Shown here piece by piece: positions 58,562 to 64,000 of a DNA stretch of 64,000 bases (its first letter is position 1; each line of letters begins with the position of its first letter). The notes beneath the pieces are model-generated. The model made no database searches. It worked only from the letters and a program-made list of their open reading frames with translations, and was not told the DNA's origin. The stretch comes from Kolteria novifilia (lineage in GTDB: Bacteria; Planctomycetota; Planctomycetia; Kolteriales; Kolteriaceae), in assembly GCF_007748055.1 (NCBI RefSeq), contig NZ_CP036279.1; one strand, 5' to 3'. A program made the position numbers and the translations under genes.

Positions 58562-60013
58562 CTACGCGGAGAGCAGCTCGTCGGACTGATCGTTCCGAAC
58601 GAATCGCATCTCCGCCTCGGCCGCGATCTGACGATTCACGCGAGCCGTAGTTTTGATGATCGCCGTCTTGTCCTTGACGCGGACGCCGACGCATTCGAGC
58701 CAAAGCCGATCGCCGGGCACGACCGGACGACGCAGTTTGACGTGGTCCATGGAAACGACCATGCCGTAGCCGCGTCCCTGCCACTGCATGACCATGATTC
58801 CCGCCGCCTGGGCGAGCGATTCGATGATCAGGACGCCCGGCATGACCTTCTTGCCCGGCCAATGACCCGTGAAAAAGGGCTCGTTGTACGTCACGTTCTT
58901 GATCGCCACGATGTGCTGGTTGGGCGATAGCTCAAGCACTTGGTCGACGAGCATGAACGGGAAACGGTGCGGGATCGTCTGTTCGATCTGGGACGAGTCC
59001 ATGACCGGCGCGTCGGTCAGCAGTCGCCGTTCGTATTCGATCTGCGACTGCTCGGTGATTTCCCGCACCAGCGCGGCGTTGAGACGATGACCCGAGCGAT
59101 GGGCCAGGACGTGTCCGTGCAACCGTCGACCGAAGAGGGCCAAGTCGCCGATCACGTCGAGGATCTTGTGGCGGACGCACTCGTCGGGATAGCGAAGTTC
59201 GTTGTCGATGAGGGTCCCGTCCTCGCCAAAGACGAGCAAGTCGCGAGCGGTCGAGCGAGTGCCGAGCCCCTGGGAGCGCAGGAACTCGATCTCTCGCTCC
59301 AGAATGAATGTTCGGGCGGAGGCGATCTCGTCCCGAAAGAACTCGGGCGTGATCGTGACCGTGAGGCTTTGCTTGCCGATCGCCGGATCGGGGTAGTCGA
59401 GGTTGAACGTGATCGCCAGGTGCTCTTCCGGCCCGGGATGAGCGGCGACCAGCGCGTCACCATCCTTTACCGATGCCGACTCGAAGAGGACGAAGGGGCG
59501 ACGCGGAATTCCCTGCGGGACGATTCCCGCGGCGAGGATCGCGTCGACGAACGGCTTCGACGAGCCGTCGACGCCCGGAGCCTCGGGGGCATCAAGTTCC
59601 ACGATCGCGTTGTCGATGCCGAGTCCCACGAGGGCGGCAAGCAGATGTTCGGTCATTTCGACGGTCGCGCCGTTGGCCGACAGAGCGGTCCGGCGCTGAC
59701 GTTCGACGACTCGGGAAATATGAGCTGGGATCCGCGGATGATTTGGCAGATCGGTCCGGACGAAGATGATCCCGGATTCGGGTTCCGCCGGCCGAAAGCG
59801 GACGGTCACGTCGGCACCGCTGACAAAGCCGATGCCGGTGACTTCCGCGTCCCCGGCGAGCGTGCGCTGCTCGGGGAACTTCTTGCCGCGAGAGTGGTTG
59901 AAAGTGGCGACCGCGTCCACGAGGGACGAGCTGACCTGCTTTACGACCACGTCTTCATCCTTCGGTACGGGGTGCTCTCGAGAGAGGAGGAGCGGCACCA
60001 ACGCCGCTCCCAC
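58562..60013 (-). CDS. lpxC/fabZ: Bifunctional UDP-3-O-acyl-GlcNAc deacetylase / 3-hydroxyacyl-ACP dehydratase
   Basis: N-terminal LpxC (QRTLAGDAEVTGIGFVSG ... HKILDVIGDLALFG). C-terminal FabZ hotdog (IPHRFPFMLVD ... GHWPGKKVMPGVLIIES). Confidence 0.9.
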   Translation of the reverse strand: MGAALVPLLLSREHPVPKDEDVVVKQVSSSLVDAVATFNHSRGKKFPEQRTLAGDAEVTGIGFVSGADVTVRFRPAEPESGIIFVRTDLPNHPRIPAHISRVVERQRRTALSANGATVEMTEHLLAALVGLGIDNAIVELDAPEAPGVDGSSKPFVDAILAAGIVPQGIPRRPFVLFESASVKDGDALVAAHPGPEEHLAITFNLDYPDPAIGKQSLTVTITPEFFRDEIASARTFILEREIEFLRSQGLGTRSTARDLLVFGEDGTLIDNELRYPDECVRHKILDVIGDLALFGRRLHGHVLAHRSGHRLNAALVREITEQSQIEYERRLLTDAPVMDSSQIEQTIPHRFPFMLVDQVLELSPNQHIVAIKNVTYNEPFFTGHWPGKKVMPGVLIIESLAQAAGIMVMQWQGRGYGMVVSMDHVKLRRPVVPGDRLWLECVGVRVKDKTAIIKTTARVNRQIAAEAEMRFVRNDQSDELLSA

Positions 60014-60033
60014 GCGTGGTTTACGGAGGACGC

Positions 60034-60627
60034 TTAGCGGGCCTGAGCGTACTGAGCGTTGAGGCCCTGAGTGATGACGCCGGTCAGGTCGAGGTTCTTG
60101 TGGTGGTGAACGACCTGACGCTGAATCGTCTGCAAGACCATTTGCGGGTTCTCGCTCTCGGACTCCTCGCGGAGACGAAGAACGATGTGAATCCCGTGCT
60201 CATCGCAGTAGCGGGTCAGAAGGTCGGTCATTTCCTTGTAGCAGGTGCTGTAGACGCTCGCTTCGCGAAGGACCATTTCCTGCTGATACTTCTGGCCGAG
60301 CTTCTTGAATTCGAAGGTCTTCTCGTGGAGCTGACGTTCGATGCCTTCACGGTCGCCCGCACCCTTGAGCTGGACGAGTTGCGATTCCATGGCCCGGATC
60401 TCTTGCTGGATCGTGCGCAGCTCGTGATCCTTATTCTGGATCTGTCCCTTGAGGTCCTCGGTCAGAGCCTTGTAGTGCTCATAATCCTTGAAGACCTGAT
60501 TGACGTCGATGACGGCGATGCGAATGCCCTGGAACTGCTGAGCTTGAGCCGGCTGCATCATCGTGCCCGCGACGAATACCGCACCGGCGACCATCGCCGC
60601 ACCCGCCCACAGATGATTCCACTTCAC
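60034..60627 (-). CDS. skp: OmpH/Skp family periplasmic chaperone
   Basis: GTG start at 60627, with GGAG 9 nt upstream (an alternative ATG lies at 60591). Signal peptide AGAAMVAGAVFVAGTMMQPAQA. Coiled-coil Skp-like body. The rest of ORF 60034..60927 is upstream read-through. Confidence 0.75.
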   Translation of the reverse strand: MKWNHLWAGAAMVAGAVFVAGTMMQPAQAQQFQGIRIAVIDVNQVFKDYEHYKALTEDLKGQIQNKDHELRTIQQEIRAMESQLVQLKGAGDREGIERQLHEKTFEFKKLGQKYQQEMVLREASVYSTCYKEMTDLLTRYCDEHGIHIVLRLREESESENPQMVLQTIQRQVVHHHKNLDLTGVITQGLNAQYAQAR

Positions 60628-61347
60628 GGATAAGTACTCCTCGTCAACTTCGGCCCGTTGGCCACCGACCCATGTTTCCTTGAAACTCGCCGGCCACCTT
60701 GCCGGTCGAGTCCACTTGATCAGCATCTGATCGTTCGATGTCCCGGCCAGCCACGCTCGTGGGGCGATTCGGAACACCTGGCCGAACTCGGCCCTGGTGA
60801 CACGCGTCCTTATCCCTGATCGGGGAATTGGGTCAAGGCTAACCAAGGCGGTCATTTCTCTCGGGTGTGGCCGCGGATTCTTGTTGGGCGTCTGTCCACT
60901 ATTGGGTAGCTCCGATTGCTGGGCCACTGGGGTGTGCGGAGCACGCTAGAAGTCGCGGGCGAAAGGTGCATGCCGGGAAGGGATGATCGTCGCCAGATGA
61001 GGTTCTTGCTCGAGACTTCTAACCGACTGCGTCGGCCCCGGTTGAATCAACCGGGGGTTAGCCAGAGTTTCCATATCGACCAATATCGAGAGCCACACCC
61101 TTTCTCCCGCGACGAGCACGCCTCGCCGGGCGTGGAGAGGGTCACTAGAATGGGCCGTTTACTCCTCCGGAAAGTGGTTTCGTCGTCGGGTCGCTAGCGC
61201 CCGGGGACGGAGACAGGAGCGACAAAAGGCCCAGACGCGTTGGTCGGTGCCGATCGCCCCCGTTCGCCCGAGAGTGCTTTCGCGAGATGGGATCACAGGA
61301 AAACTCGTCGCTAATTGCCAGGAGCCTCCCCAAAGGGGCGGGAACCG

Positions 61348-64000
<2,653 letters not shown>

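Overview
This is a GC-rich 64-kb window that looks planctomycete (Pirellulales-like). On one side it carries typical housekeeping and planctomycete gene families; on the other side, an unusual density of structured repeats and horizontally acquired islets. I call 40 CDS, plus pseudogenes, tRNAs and repeat regions; the + strand ORFs listed opposite most genes are mirror-frame artefacts of the high GC content.

Core content:
- Three ECF-sigma / FecR-like anti-sigma modules, each paired with PSCyt1 (DUF1549, planctomycete cytochrome c CxxCH) / PSCyt2 (DUF1553) / PSD1 proteins and DUF1501 sulfatase-like proteins; one of these operons ends in an arylsulfatase. One PSCyt gene runs off the left edge and is absent from the ORF track.
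- A translationally coupled DUF1501 / NtrC-like sigma-54 response regulator / PSCyt1-membrane protein trio.
- A DUF1559 pseudopilin-like protein (H-X9-DG), a UbiD-family decarboxylase, an RND efflux pump with its adaptor, and a multicopper oxidase fused to FG-GAP repeats plus a truncated paralog fragment.
- Two tandem paralogous Ser/Thr kinases, an HDOD regulator, a lipid A cluster (skp, lpxC/fabZ fusion, lpxA, Gfo/Idh/MocA oxidoreductase), and a partial ileS at the right edge.
- Two clean tRNAs (Ser-GGA, Glu-CTC) and two degenerate tRNA-like elements.

Most unusual:
- A roughly 755-bp microsatellite of the 8-bp unit GGGATCGT (about 94 copies, G-quadruplex- and GATC-rich), upstream of a small His/Tyr-rich secreted protein.
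- A family of highly structured composite repeats (palindromes kept by compensatory changes, a GNRA hairpin, a 385-bp super-repeat) at three loci.
- A 33-bp hairpin tandem array and a 16-bp CTCGAG-containing tandem repeat.
- A low-GC islet with a HEPN-like protein, and a lower-GC restriction-modification island (N6-adenine MTase plus a small REase).
- A tRNA-Glu locus with an integrase remnant and an IS630 transposase.
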